A DNA stretch of 64,000 nucleotides from a virus (IMGVR_UViG_3300044580_000126:10661-74660), one strand, 5' to 3'. Shown: positions 48,185 to 58,785, counted from the stretch's first letter. The notes: generated from the letters alone by a model not told the origin. Translations and numbers: made by a program.

Positions 48185-48375
48185 CATTTTTTAGGATTCT
48201 TCAATCCAATAACTTAGATTGGGATAAATCTGTTGACATCTATATGAATATGACCGATACTAGGTTAGTTTGGCTAAATGAGATGTCAAGACGTGAGATG
48301 CGAGCAGAGGAACGTAAAGCAAACAAATTAAATAGTGGAGGTCATAGAGTTCCATATAGAGCTATTAAGAGGTAA
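47795..48375 (+). CDS. Frameshift-extended tail chaperone (gpGT-like, -1 frameshift at T TTT TTT)
   Basis: The -1 frame is open from 48151 to TAA 48375 (SSEDGKESLTFFRILQ...RAIKR*), ending just before the tape measure ATG. Confidence 0.72.
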
Positions 48376-48381
48376 TCCTAA

Positions 48382-50754
48382 ATGCCATCTAATAAGAACA
48401 TTGCTATTAAAATTAGTGTAGATTTAGATGATAGTATAAAATTATTAGGAGATTTAACAACTGCTCTTTCTACAACAACTTCAGAAGTTACTAAATTAAC
48501 AGGAAAATTAACAGAATATTCTGAAAAGTTTAATGCTCGATTAGGTGTTATAGGTAGAGCAGTAAGCAAAATGGATTCCTCAATAAAAACTGGAAATATT
48601 GATAAAGCATCTGAAAGTTTAAAATCGTTTGCTGAGAATTCCAAAGCAGTTGGAGTATCTAAAACAACTAATAACTATGGAAAAGAAACATCTAGTTTAA
48701 AGACTAGAAATGATGCAATGCTAGATGGTGTATATACGTTAGATAAGTTTAAGAAGAAAATAGATTCTTTAGGTGATGCTGAGTTATCTGGTGCACTTAA
48801 TAAATTATATGGGGAAGAGGGAAAGAAAGCACTATCTAAGAATTGGGTAGAGCTTGAAAAATCATATAATAAGGTAGTTTCATCTAGTAAATCCAATACA
48901 ATGGTCGAAGGACTTAAACCAGAATTAGATGAACTATTAGAGAAGTCAAAATCATTCAGCAAGAAATTTGTCGGGTCAACAAAAGATATTACATCGGTAT
49001 CAAAGGGATTTATTGTTTATAGAAATATGAATAAAGATATATCTTCTACTGTTCTTAAGTTTGAAGACTTGGAAAAAGAAATAAACTCTATGGGGCTTTC
49101 CTCATCCAACATCTTTGATTCGCTTGGAGGAGTATCAAGTAAAAATATTGATATAGTAAATAAAAATTTATACAAACTTAGAACTTCATTTGATAGTGCA
49201 GGTATTCCATTTGATGAAGCAAAACAGATGATTCCAAATTTTGAAGAAATCGTTTCAAGTGATAAAGCAGGATTAAATACTGTTCTTAAGAATATGAAAC
49301 GGTTACAAAAGTATTCTGGTATAATGAAGATGGATGCAAGAGATATAATGTCAGTTATACCGAATTTTGATTTATCTCAAATGCAAGGATTTGGCAAGAA
49401 TGATATTTTATATGGTGTAAAACAATTAGCAACATTTGATCCTGTTCGTGGTATTCCAATTCTTGTTAGGCATCTTGAAAATCTTGGAATAACATATGAG
49501 GAAATGCCTAGAAAATTAGAAGGATTCTTACGTGGTGCTGAAGGATTAACAAGGAAACTTCCCGAAGAAGCACAAGCATTTTCACAATTTAATGGAGAGT
49601 TAGGAACAACTGGTATGGTTCTTCAACAATTAGGTAAAAATATGCTTTGGGTTGGATTAGGTTCAATGTTCACATTAATGTCATTGGATAGAGTATTTAC
49701 TCAACAATTTAAATTAAAACAACAAGCATTATCATTATTAAAGACAAATATAGCATTAAAAGATTCGGAAGATGACCTTAAGAAAATAATTGAAGAATAC
49801 GGTGCTGGTTCAGAAGAAGCAACAAAAGCAGTTAGAAATCTAAATATTGCTAAATTAGAAGCTAAGTTAGCGTCAGAACAAATGGCTAATACACAAAGAC
49901 AAGAAGCATTTGCATTAGCAATGAGTGTCACATCAGCATTTGGGCAATTTGTTAATATGGGTGCAATGATGATGCAAACCCTTGGTCCACTATTGACAAC
50001 TGAAAATGCATTAATTGGAACAGAAGCTACAAGAAATGCGATTCAACAAAGTTCAAATGCTACAACTGCATCATCGATTGCAATTCAAAATATTAAATTA
50101 GATAAAGATAAAATGGAACTTGCATTAGGTAATCAAATAATAAATATTACAAGATCGGAAACAGGTGCTCTTATTATCAATACATCAGCACAAGGGGCGA
50201 ATGCAGGTGCTACTGGGCTTCGTGCATTGTTTACAGATTTGTTAACAGGAAAATTGAAAGCACAAGTTATTTGGACGGCACTTGCAACGGTTGGAACTCA
50301 AATGCTTACTGGTGCTTTGGTTATGTTGCCTGTAATGCTTGGAACATTAGCTATTACTATGGCTATGACACAAAAACAAACAGAATCTTTAACAGCAGAA
50401 ACTAAAGAATTAGAAAAGAGCATTAATGGAACTATACAAGGTTCTGGTGTTGTAGATTTAACTGCCGCATTTGTTCAATATAATAGGACAATTAGAGATA
50501 CTTCTTCATTAACGGCAACGTTATCATCAAAAACAGAAAGATTAACACATCACATAGATAGTCCATCTGCTCAAGCATTATTAAGTTCTAAGATTTCGTT
50601 AGCACCATTGGTAACTTCTAATGCACCAAATACAAGAATAACAATTGGTGATGTAATAGTATCGTCTAATGCAACTGATAATATTGCAGTCGCTAAAGAA
50701 GTTAAGAAAGAAATATACAATTCATTAAAATCTATTGGGGTTACAGTTATATGA
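48382..50754 (+). CDS. Tape measure protein
   Basis: Long helical S/K/A/L-rich ORF with hydrophobic segments, following the chaperones. Confidence 0.8.
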   Translation: MPSNKNIAIKISVDLDDSIKLLGDLTTALSTTTSEVTKLTGKLTEYSEKFNARLGVIGRAVSKMDSSIKTGNIDKASESLKSFAENSKAVGVSKTTNNYGKETSSLKTRNDAMLDGVYTLDKFKKKIDSLGDAELSGALNKLYGEEGKKALSKNWVELEKSYNKVVSSSKSNTMVEGLKPELDELLEKSKSFSKKFVGSTKDITSVSKGFIVYRNMNKDISSTVLKFEDLEKEINSMGLSSSNIFDSLGGVSSKNIDIVNKNLYKLRTSFDSAGIPFDEAKQMIPNFEEIVSSDKAGLNTVLKNMKRLQKYSGIMKMDARDIMSVIPNFDLSQMQGFGKNDILYGVKQLATFDPVRGIPILVRHLENLGITYEEMPRKLEGFLRGAEGLTRKLPEEAQAFSQFNGELGTTGMVLQQLGKNMLWVGLGSMFTLMSLDRVFTQQFKLKQQALSLLKTNIALKDSEDDLKKIIEEYGAGSEEATKAVRNLNIAKLEAKLASEQMANTQRQEAFALAMSVTSAFGQFVNMGAMMMQTLGPLLTTENALIGTEATRNAIQQSSNATTASSIAIQNIKLDKDKMELALGNQIINITRSETGALIINTSAQGANAGATGLRALFTDLLTGKLKAQVIWTALATVGTQMLTGALVMLPVMLGTLAITMAMTQKQTESLTAETKELEKSINGTIQGSGVVDLTAAFVQYNRTIRDTSSLTATLSSKTERLTHHIDSPSAQALLSSKISLAPLVTSNAPNTRITIGDVIVSSNATDNIAVAKEVKKEIYNSLKSIGVTVI

Positions 50755-53174
50755 CAGTTACACAATGGTTTGGTAATTTCGTATTGGTTCACGATGATAA
50801 TAGATATACGTTAACACCTCACAATGCAGTTGTTGAACTTGGATTAAATGATGCCCCATTTAACGCCAATATTAAATGGTTTAATAATAATACATTTGGA
50901 AATACTATTGTTCCAGATAAATTGTTATGTGGAGATACAGTTGAGGTTTATATTGGAACAACAAATGTAATTGAAGGCATGTCATTAATTTTTAAAGGGG
51001 AAGTTACTAAGACTGGTGAACTATTTGAAGGAGGATTTAATGAAAAATCAGAGAGATATATAGATGCGGCTGGATATGGTAGAGTTTTAAATAATGTTTT
51101 CAGAGGAAAAAAGACAACTGCGGATTACATTTATAACATTGCAACATCGTTATGCGTTGAGTTAAAAAATAATGGGTATATAAAAGATTATGATATACCT
51201 TCTTCACTATCAAATGTTACAATATCAGCAATAGATAAGAATACTTCATATTGGGATATATTCAATAGTATGTGCAGTAATGCTAATTGGGATTTTTATG
51301 TAGATAATGGAAATACTATACATATCTTTCCAAAGGGAGATTCTACATATAGCACTAATATTACTCCTGATTTTGATGCTGAATATTATTGGGATACCGA
51401 GAATATGATAAACTCAATAACTGTATTGGGTGCATCTTCATCTACACTTGGAAGTGATGATGAATATACAGAATCAATAGATAATTGGACTGGTAATAAT
51501 GTTGAATTAAGTGATAATTTATATGTTGCTGGATTTTATGCTGTAAAATCAACAACGACAGATACAATATCTCCAGCATTAACAATTACATTTGGAACAC
51601 CTGTTAATTTGATATTAGGTGGAGCAGTTCATATAAAAACATATTACTATTGCAAACCGTTAAATGTTGATAGTAGCTTAGATTTAAATATGGATATAGA
51701 TTCAATGACACAAATGTTTCCAACTAGAGCAACGTCATTAGAAGTAAAAATGATTACAAATGTAAGCAACTTCTTTTTATCTACAATAGAGATTTCAGGA
51801 GGAAAAATATACGGAGATTGGGGATATGCTAATGGATGGAATGAGTTAAATATTGGATTTAATGAGCAAGATTCTAATGGATGGGAAGAGGTTGGATTAC
51901 CAGATTGGAGCAATATATCAAAAGTTGGATTTAAAATTATTGGACCATTAACAGATACGGAGAATAGATTTATTATTGATGATATGTATTTCTCAAATAT
52001 GGCAATATCATATTCAACAATGGATGCTACATCTGTAGCAAATTATGGATTATATTCAGTTGCTCCTCCGCAAGATTCAAATAATGAAGATACATTGGTG
52101 TGTAAAGAATATGCTGAAAGACTTATAGAAACATATAACGAACCAAGATTAATTGCAACTGGAGTTAATATTGATCCTGAAAAATTAATTCCTTTGCCAT
52201 TAGGGTATAGAGCAACTATAACGTTATATGATAACAAACTTCCAGCAGAGATCAGAAAAATAACGTATCGCATGGATGGTAAGAAGATTAAAGGAGAATT
52301 AGAGTTAGGTTCGTGCTATGTTCCTTCATTTGAAAGAGTATTCAAAATAATGAAAAATCTTATGGATAAAGTATCTTACGATGTAGAAGCGTTCAAGAGA
52401 GTATTTGATACTAATGTAACTGGTATTATTGATACTGGTAGCGACCCTATAATGTTTGAACGGATATCTCAACGGTTTAACTTGGACTTTGAAGCAAATT
52501 TGAATAAGACCAATTTGTTTACTTCATCGGAAAGTGGGTGGAGTATGCCATATAAGGATATATCCATGTGGAATACTATAGGTAGTAATTATTGCACAAA
52601 CACTATATCTAATAAGTTAACAGGAGTAGCTAATGTGTTTGGAGTTATGCAATATGATTCAAACAATTGGGAAGTTAATACATTTTCTATATTAAAAACA
52701 TCTGCTCGCTTAAACAAAATAACATCTGATGCTATTATAGAATCATCTGGTTCTTCAGTTGGGTTTGCTGGATTTGGAATTGGGCAATTCAATATTAATA
52801 ATGCAAGTCCATTCATCGGTTTCATAATGGATACTGTTTCTCCGTCTTCTGATACAAAATTCAAAGTATCTGGTGTGTATAATTCGTATGATGATACTAT
52901 AGCTGAAACTATTGAACTCGGATCATTTGATTATGGAAGTTGGAACTCGTATAAAATGTATTTCTATATGGAAACAATTAATTCTGCTGTAAGAGCTAGA
53001 ACAGTATTTCAAGTAAACAATAGCTATATTGGAGAAATATCAGATAAAGATACCATATCTCAAACATTCGTTCCAATGTTTACAGCGTGGGGTGCATGTA
53101 GTTTCTCTCCATCTGTTGGTGGAACTTTATTTATAGACTTCAAAGGTGGAGTAATAGCATCTCAATGGGGTTAA
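50751..53174 (+). CDS. Tail tip / baseplate hub protein
   Basis: IFKGEV, WDFYVDNGNTIHIFPK, INSITVLG, SVANYGL. Confidence 0.65.
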   Translation: MTVTQWFGNFVLVHDDNRYTLTPHNAVVELGLNDAPFNANIKWFNNNTFGNTIVPDKLLCGDTVEVYIGTTNVIEGMSLIFKGEVTKTGELFEGGFNEKSERYIDAAGYGRVLNNVFRGKKTTADYIYNIATSLCVELKNNGYIKDYDIPSSLSNVTISAIDKNTSYWDIFNSMCSNANWDFYVDNGNTIHIFPKGDSTYSTNITPDFDAEYYWDTENMINSITVLGASSSTLGSDDEYTESIDNWTGNNVELSDNLYVAGFYAVKSTTTDTISPALTITFGTPVNLILGGAVHIKTYYYCKPLNVDSSLDLNMDIDSMTQMFPTRATSLEVKMITNVSNFFLSTIEISGGKIYGDWGYANGWNELNIGFNEQDSNGWEEVGLPDWSNISKVGFKIIGPLTDTENRFIIDDMYFSNMAISYSTMDATSVANYGLYSVAPPQDSNNEDTLVCKEYAERLIETYNEPRLIATGVNIDPEKLIPLPLGYRATITLYDNKLPAEIRKITYRMDGKKIKGELELGSCYVPSFERVFKIMKNLMDKVSYDVEAFKRVFDTNVTGIIDTGSDPIMFERISQRFNLDFEANLNKTNLFTSSESGWSMPYKDISMWNTIGSNYCTNTISNKLTGVANVFGVMQYDSNNWEVNTFSILKTSARLNKITSDAIIESSGSSVGFAGFGIGQFNINNASPFIGFIMDTVSPSSDTKFKVSGVYNSYDDTIAETIELGSFDYGSWNSYKMYFYMETINSAVRARTVFQVNNSYIGEISDKDTISQTFVPMFTAWGACSFSPSVGGTLFIDFKGGVIASQWG

Positions 53175-53178
53175 TGAT

Positions 53179-54282
53179 ATGCCACGAAAATTCTCATCCC
53201 CATTTTTTCGAAGGGTATATGAAACTATTAAGCACATTAGAAAATATGTTTATGACCCTATTTGCATATACGATGAATTAATTGTATTATTTAAAGATAA
53301 CATAAGTGAAACCGTAACTATTGTTTCATCATTAATATTTTATTTAAAAAATACTTTGAAAACAACACTTTACATATCAGAAGCAGTATCATATTTTTTA
53401 AAATATTTAGAGCAAGATGTTGTAAAAATATATGATTATGTGCATGGCAAGTTGATATATTTCGTATATGAAACGATATCAATATCAACAAGGGTTATCA
53501 GAAAGTTATTAAAAAAAGTTAATATTACCTTTTATGTTTCAGAATATGTATTGACTAATTTAAAATCAACCCTATCAGATTTTGTAAACATCTATGAGCA
53601 ATTAGTTGGTAAACTTACATTTTATGTTTATGAAACTATAACTATTAATGTTAAAAATATTATAAAACTATTAAGAAGAATAAATAATACTTTACTAGTA
53701 TCAGAATATGTATTGACTAATTTAAAATCTAGTAATTTAGATTTTATAAAAATAACAGATGATATAATTGGTAATTTAAAGCTATTTACGTATGAATCAA
53801 TACAAATACTTAATCAAATCAAGTTATTACTTTTAGTTAAGAAAAAGAATACTGCATTGATATCAGAAAGCATATCGGAATATTATAAATATGATGCTTT
53901 AGAGTTTACAAACATAACAGATTATTTAGTTGGGAAATTGAAATTATTAGAATACGAATCTATACAAATATACAATCAAATCAAATTATTATTTTCTACT
54001 AAAAGAGCAAACACTTTATTAATATCAGAATATGCACTAAAATATTCTAAATATAATAGTTTGGACTTTGCAAAAATAAAAGACTATCTATCTGGTAAAT
54101 TAAAAGTATTTAGATATGAATCAATAAAAATATACAAACAAATTAAACTATTATTTTCAATTAAGAAAAAAAATACTATATTAATATCAGAAAGTGTAAG
54201 TAAATATTATGAAGGAACTCCAAAGTATGGTCAATTTGCATTTGATGAAGTTCCATTCGATACGTTCAAAAAGAATTTATAG
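53179..54282 (+). CDS. Repeat protein (54-aa period, 3x18), putative tail component
   Basis: Repeats YE(T/S)I...(I/V)SE...D...GKL. Confidence 0.6.
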   Translation: MPRKFSSPFFRRVYETIKHIRKYVYDPICIYDELIVLFKDNISETVTIVSSLIFYLKNTLKTTLYISEAVSYFLKYLEQDVVKIYDYVHGKLIYFVYETISISTRVIRKLLKKVNITFYVSEYVLTNLKSTLSDFVNIYEQLVGKLTFYVYETITINVKNIIKLLRRINNTLLVSEYVLTNLKSSNLDFIKITDDIIGNLKLFTYESIQILNQIKLLLLVKKKNTALISESISEYYKYDALEFTNITDYLVGKLKLLEYESIQIYNQIKLLFSTKRANTLLISEYALKYSKYNSLDFAKIKDYLSGKLKVFRYESIKIYKQIKLLFSIKKKNTILISESVSKYYEGTPKYGQFAFDEVPFDTFKKNL

Positions 54283-54317
54283 TTGATAACATAAATCTAT
54301 AAACGGAGATATTAAAT

Positions 54318-54761
54318 ATGAATATTTCTAGAATATTTGGTATTAAGGATAAACCAAAAGATAAGAGCAATGTTTCTATAGGTGAAGAAGTCATTATTAA
54401 ATTAATAAAGGATGGTAAGGTTGTAGAGGAAAAGTTAGGAACTGGTCATACGTGGCAAAGTGATGGTTGTAAGGAAATAGCTAAATGGCTAACTGGAACA
54501 TCATCTCAATCTCCTAGGAGTTTAGCTTGCAATGGAACGGGTGGAGGGGTTGGCACTTTAGTTACAGCAACTAGAACAACTAGTAATACTATTGCTATAT
54601 GGGATGGAACATTTGGAACTGAATATAATATATCGAACATAACTCAAATACAAATAAAAGATAATGGAACTGTATATGCCTATAAAACATGTGATGCTTT
54701 CAATAAGCCAACAAATATGGCTATGGTAATATCTTATAGATCAACTATTAGTGGTGTTTAA
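54318..54761 (+). CDS. Putative tail/baseplate protein
   Basis: T/G-rich; related to the two halves of the next ORF (HTW/NTW...F.K). Confidence 0.55.
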   Translation: MNISRIFGIKDKPKDKSNVSIGEEVIIKLIKDGKVVEEKLGTGHTWQSDGCKEIAKWLTGTSSQSPRSLACNGTGGGVGTLVTATRTTSNTIAIWDGTFGTEYNISNITQIQIKDNGTVYAYKTCDAFNKPTNMAMVISYRSTISGV

Positions 54762-54763
54762 CA

Positions 54764-55450
54764 ATGGTAGAAATTGGTGGAGTTGCTACATTATTTTTGA
54801 ACGGGATACCGAAAGATACAATCCACAATACATGGACCGAATCTGGATTATGGGATTTTGCCGCTTTATTAACAAATACATCAAATGAAAGTTATTTGAG
54901 AGGGGCAATGGCAGATGCAGAATATTTAGATAGTAATAGAACAATAATAGTTACAAATAATAGTATATTTACAGTTTATGGAGAAAAATTATACTCAAAC
55001 GGAGCAACTATATCTAATCTTTATTTAGAATTCCCAATTAAATCATCTATAGGTGTTTCTCCACCAATAACAATACCAACTGGATTTACTTTTGGGGTGG
55101 AATGGGCAAATACTCTTTCTGCTGTTGGATTTAGTGCAACTGCTTTAAGTTTGTTAGTTAATGGAATTTCTGCTGTATCAAAACCAGTAATTAATCCAAA
55201 TAGTATTTGCATAACATATGCATCTGGAACTGCATATACAACTATATCAGAAATGATATTAGAAGGAGGAAATTATGATACAATTGCTGTATTTAAAGGG
55301 TCGTTCTTAACTGGTTCATATTCAAACATAGCAACAATATCATTGTATAGGGATAGCACTTTATACGTATCTAATGTTGTAAGTCCATTTAGCAAAGATG
55401 CTGAAACAGAGTTATATATTGAGGTCAGGAACACCTTTAGTGCGGTGTAA
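54764..55450 (+). CDS. Putative tail protein with internal duplication
   Basis: Both halves end NT(L/F)SAV; tail-module position. Confidence 0.55.
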   Translation: MVEIGGVATLFLNGIPKDTIHNTWTESGLWDFAALLTNTSNESYLRGAMADAEYLDSNRTIIVTNNSIFTVYGEKLYSNGATISNLYLEFPIKSSIGVSPPITIPTGFTFGVEWANTLSAVGFSATALSLLVNGISAVSKPVINPNSICITYASGTAYTTISEMILEGGNYDTIAVFKGSFLTGSYSNIATISLYRDSTLYVSNVVSPFSKDAETELYIEVRNTFSAV

Positions 55451-55453
55451 GAT

Positions 55454-55948
55454 ATGCCAATAAAGCATACACTAACCGCTTCGAGTGGGTCTACATTAAC
55501 ATCTGCTCATTGGAATGCTGATCATACAATAACAACTACAGATTTAATATCAAACTTAAATGCTGATATGATAGATGGATATCATGCTGTTGATTTGTTA
55601 GGGATGTTTAATCCATTTTCAACTAATACTGTTCCAGTTGTTGTATCTGAAACAACAGACACTCCTAAACGGACTTTGTATATGTGGAAAGATACATTAG
55701 TGTTAGGTTCTCCGAGTTCTCTTATTGTGGAGAATGAAGGAGGTATAGCATCTGGTAATTTCTATATATATTCTTATTTAGATGGTTCATCTATTGGAGC
55801 ATCAACATTTACTACTGCATCATCAATAAAAACAGTTGCTTATAATATAACATCATTAACCAATTTAACAATGCATACAATAAGATTGGATATGAAAGTA
55901 AGTTCTGGTTCAGGGACAAATAGAGTATCTTCAATATTTTTGAAGTGA
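55454..55948 (+). CDS. Putative tail fibre/adhesin, paralog 1
   Basis: PIKHT...SAHWNADH...ISNLNADMIDGYHA. Confidence 0.6.
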   Translation: MPIKHTLTASSGSTLTSAHWNADHTITTTDLISNLNADMIDGYHAVDLLGMFNPFSTNTVPVVVSETTDTPKRTLYMWKDTLVLGSPSSLIVENEGGIASGNFYIYSYLDGSSIGASTFTTASSIKTVAYNITSLTNLTMHTIRLDMKVSSGSGTNRVSSIFLK

Positions 55949-56472
55949 TAACGATGGGCATAAAACATAGCTTTAATACGGCAATAGATAATCAAAGCAC
56001 TATAAAATCATCTGATTGGAACGAAAATCATATAATTTCAGATACAAATTTAATACCTAACTTAAATGCTGATTTATTTGATGGAAATCATGCATCCGCA
56101 TTAACAATTCCGAAACCATCTATGCTTTACCAATGCTTTGGCAATTGGTATTCTGATTATAGCTCTGCAACTGCAATAAATACGATATCACTTATTCAAC
56201 ATCCACAAGAACTTACACAAAAAAATAATACCTTAGTAATATTAGCACAAGGATTTACAGGAGATGGAGAAATCCATATAAGAACTGATATAAATGGAAC
56301 TCCAAAGAATACAATGATAATTCCTTGGTCATCTGGAACATTTAGCAGAGGCACAATAGATATTTCATATTTACCGTATGCTACATACAATACGATTGTA
56401 TTTTATTCATGGGTTCCATCTTTAGATATGGGAGGAAATGCTATTGTTGGATTTATTGTGATGTCTAAATAA
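55945..56472 (+). CDS. Putative tail fibre/adhesin, paralog 2
   Basis: GIKHS...SSDWNENH...IPNLNADLFDGNHA. Confidence 0.6.
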   Translation: MITMGIKHSFNTAIDNQSTIKSSDWNENHIISDTNLIPNLNADLFDGNHASALTIPKPSMLYQCFGNWYSDYSSATAINTISLIQHPQELTQKNNTLVILAQGFTGDGEIHIRTDINGTPKNTMIIPWSSGTFSRGTIDISYLPYATYNTIVFYSWVPSLDMGGNAIVGFIVMSK

Positions 56473-57832
56473 TAGAATATTTATTTCTATCTGATTCGAA
56501 TATTGGTTTGGAAGGTTTTACTATATTCCAATATATGTTAACAGTTTCTTCTTCATTTTTGTGCATTGATAGCATTAAAGAATCTACCCTGTCGTCGTGT
56601 TCGTGAGTATTCCAGTCATATCTCCTAAGTTGGTCCTTTAGCTTCATCATTGTTTCATCTATCTTAATTCTATCTTGATGGAACATTGCTTTTAATTTCA
56701 CTTGCATTTTAACTTTATCATTTCTAAATATAACTGGAATAATATTAAGACCAAGATTAAGCAATCTTTGGTTATCTCCTATATCTTCAGAATCAGCATA
56801 TAATATATCAATCTTGTATTCTTTATATATTTCAGCTATTCTATCAACCAATGATTGATATTCTTCCCTTCTCCAACCTTCTGATAATATTACATGATAT
56901 GTTCCATTGATATATTGAGTTAATGTTAATACTGTTTCGGCTTTCCACCCATAGTCTAATCCACCATATACAGGATATTCTGGATTATATGCAGTATGAA
57001 CATCCATTGATGCTCTCTTGATATGCTCAAACGGTATCATAGATGTTCTTGCAAAATATGGTTTTCCTAACCAGAATACATTAAACATCTCTTCAGGGAG
57101 ATTCTTCTTTGCTTCTTCCATCTGCTGGGGTGTAACGGTTGGGCAATCCATATTAGTCCAATGGAATCTCTTCCAAGGTTCTCCTTCAGGATATCGTTGT
57201 GTATCTTCCCACATTTGGATATATAGGTCTGATTTCTTCTTAGCATCTGGAGGAACGAAAGGGGTTCCCAATAATAGGATACGGTCTAATGAATCGTTTT
57301 TAACAACAATTCTGGTTGCATCAAGAATAGCAAAATCTCCCGCTAATGTTGGTTCATCAATAATTACAACGTCTTTGTGTAACCCTTGAATTTGTTTGTG
57401 AGAATTAGGGACTGGTTTTATCTCACTAATACCATTTAAAACTCTAAAAGATACTCCAGTAGTCATTATTTCTCCTTCAACAAGTTTCTTAAGTAATGGA
57501 TTATCTATTACTGCTGATCTGATGTAATTATATAGATTTTTAGCTTGTTCTTCGGAACCAGATATGATTACTATTGATACTGGTCGGTTGAGATGAAATG
57601 CTAACGGAACTGCTAACCATAGTGCATGGCAAGCGACTAACTTAGTCTTTCCCGAACCAGCCGATGCCATTATCATTACTCGTCTATTCTTTAAATCTGC
57701 CATTTGACCTAAGACATTAACTTGATATGGATATGGGTCAAGTCCATAGATATCTTTAAAGAACTTAGCTGGATTTTTATACCATAGAAGTAGCGTTATT
57801 TTGTCTGTAGCAGATTGAAGTTGTTCCGACAT
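56465..57832 (-). CDS. terL: Terminase large subunit
   Basis: PYPYQ, Walker A ASAGSGKT, Walker B VVIIDE, LLGTP, nuclease GLDYG and HDDRVDSL. Confidence 0.92.
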   Translation of the reverse strand: MSEQLQSATDKITLLLWYKNPAKFFKDIYGLDPYPYQVNVLGQMADLKNRRVMIMASAGSGKTKLVACHALWLAVPLAFHLNRPVSIVIISGSEEQAKNLYNYIRSAVIDNPLLKKLVEGEIMTTGVSFRVLNGISEIKPVPNSHKQIQGLHKDVVIIDEPTLAGDFAILDATRIVVKNDSLDRILLLGTPFVPPDAKKKSDLYIQMWEDTQRYPEGEPWKRFHWTNMDCPTVTPQQMEEAKKNLPEEMFNVFWLGKPYFARTSMIPFEHIKRASMDVHTAYNPEYPVYGGLDYGWKAETVLTLTQYINGTYHVILSEGWRREEYQSLVDRIAEIYKEYKIDILYADSEDIGDNQRLLNLGLNIIPVIFRNDKVKMQVKLKAMFHQDRIKIDETMMKLKDQLRRYDWNTHEHDDRVDSLMLSMHKNEEETVNIYWNIVKPSKPIFESDRNKYSII

Positions 57833-57833
57833 A

Positions 57834-57992
57834 TTAAACCCCTTTTGCTAAATGAATCAAATAATGCTCCATGCATAATGGATACTCTATACCCTCATCA
57901 CCAGTAACCATCATACCATCACGCCCAAATAACGATATTGTTGCGCCACAACATATACATCTAACCCACCATAAGCATCCAGTAACATTCAC
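57834..57992 (-). CDS. Small Cys-rich protein (52 aa, below the ORF-track cutoff)
   Basis: GTG start overlapping the terS stop; CICCG...LCMEH; stops just before the terL ATG. Confidence 0.55.
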   Translation of the reverse strand: MNVTGCLWWVRCICCGATISLFGRDGMMVTGDEGIEYPLCMEHYLIHLAKGV

Positions 57993-58543
57993 TAAAAAAC
58001 ACCCTTCTTATCATTGATATATTTGGTAAGCCGAGTAGTAAAAACTTCTAAATATTCAGATGGAAAGTCCTCTACCATCTTCACTAAGTCATCTGAGAAG
58101 TCTTCTATCTTCTCTTGTTTTGGCATTAACCTATCCTTATACTTTAGAAGCTGTTCTATAGTCATTCTCGCTTGGTTCATCCAATTCATTATAAGTGTTG
58201 CAGTTTCAGGTTCAAGAATATCGTTCTTAGATAATTTAGATATCTGGTCCTCTATGATTTTAAGATGGTCACGTATCTTCTTAGCTATGTGAACATCATC
58301 TTCTAAGCACTTAGCTAAGACAACATTCATCTCTTCGTCATCTTTCCTCTTCTTGTCTAAGATCGGCTTTACATGCTTTTTAAAATGGCGTGCCATACCT
58401 TGATAAGACATAGTTTCTTTTTTATCTGTTCTAGCATATTGCCATATTTGTTTTGCAGATTTACCTTCCTGTAAAAACATTTTCTCATATTCGGCTTTAT
58501 ATGGTGAAGTGCAAATCTTACAAGGGAATCCCATATTAATCAT
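57992..58543 (-). CDS. Putative terminase small subunit (Zn/HTH plus coiled coil)
   Basis: CKIC...SAKQIW...SYQGMARHFKKH; upstream of terL. Confidence 0.6.
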   Translation of the reverse strand: MINMGFPCKICTSPYKAEYEKMFLQEGKSAKQIWQYARTDKKETMSYQGMARHFKKHVKPILDKKRKDDEEMNVVLAKCLEDDVHIAKKIRDHLKIIEDQISKLSKNDILEPETATLIMNWMNQARMTIEQLLKYKDRLMPKQEKIEDFSDDLVKMVEDFPSEYLEVFTTRLTKYINDKKGVF

Positions 58544-58603
58544 CTATGGATTATAATGGTTTCCGTATTAATAAATATTATATCAAATGTAACAGTAAAA
58601 GAA

Positions 58604-58677
58604 AGCCAAAAGGGAGATTTGAACTCCCGACCTATGATTTACAGGACCATTGCTCTACCGAACTGAGCTATTTTGGC
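58604..58677 (-). tRNA. tRNA-Thr(UGU), atypical C33, no encoded CCA
   Basis: GCCAAAA TA GCTC AGTTCGGTA GAGC A ATGGT CCTGTAA ATCAT AGGTC GGGAG TTCAAAT CTCCC TTTTGGC T. Confidence 0.85.
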
Positions 58678-58679
58678 AT

Positions 58680-58765
58680 TGGTGTGCATGGCAGGATTCG
58701 AACCTGCGAAGAACTACCTCAATGGGTCTTAAGCCCATCTCATTTGACCACTTTGATACATGCAC
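58680..58765 (-). tRNA. tRNA-Leu(UAA) with encoded CCA
   Basis: GTGCATG/CATGCAC acceptor, ATGGG CTTAAGA CCCAT anticodon arm, long variable arm, GCAGG TTCGAAT CCTGC, ACCA. Confidence 0.93.
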
Positions 58766-58785
58766 AAATAACACTTGAAGTGTCT

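Noticed and set aside
58604..58765. tRNAs as a prophage attachment site
   Set aside because: No tyrosine or serine integrase, no duplicated tRNA 3' end, and no host genes in the window.
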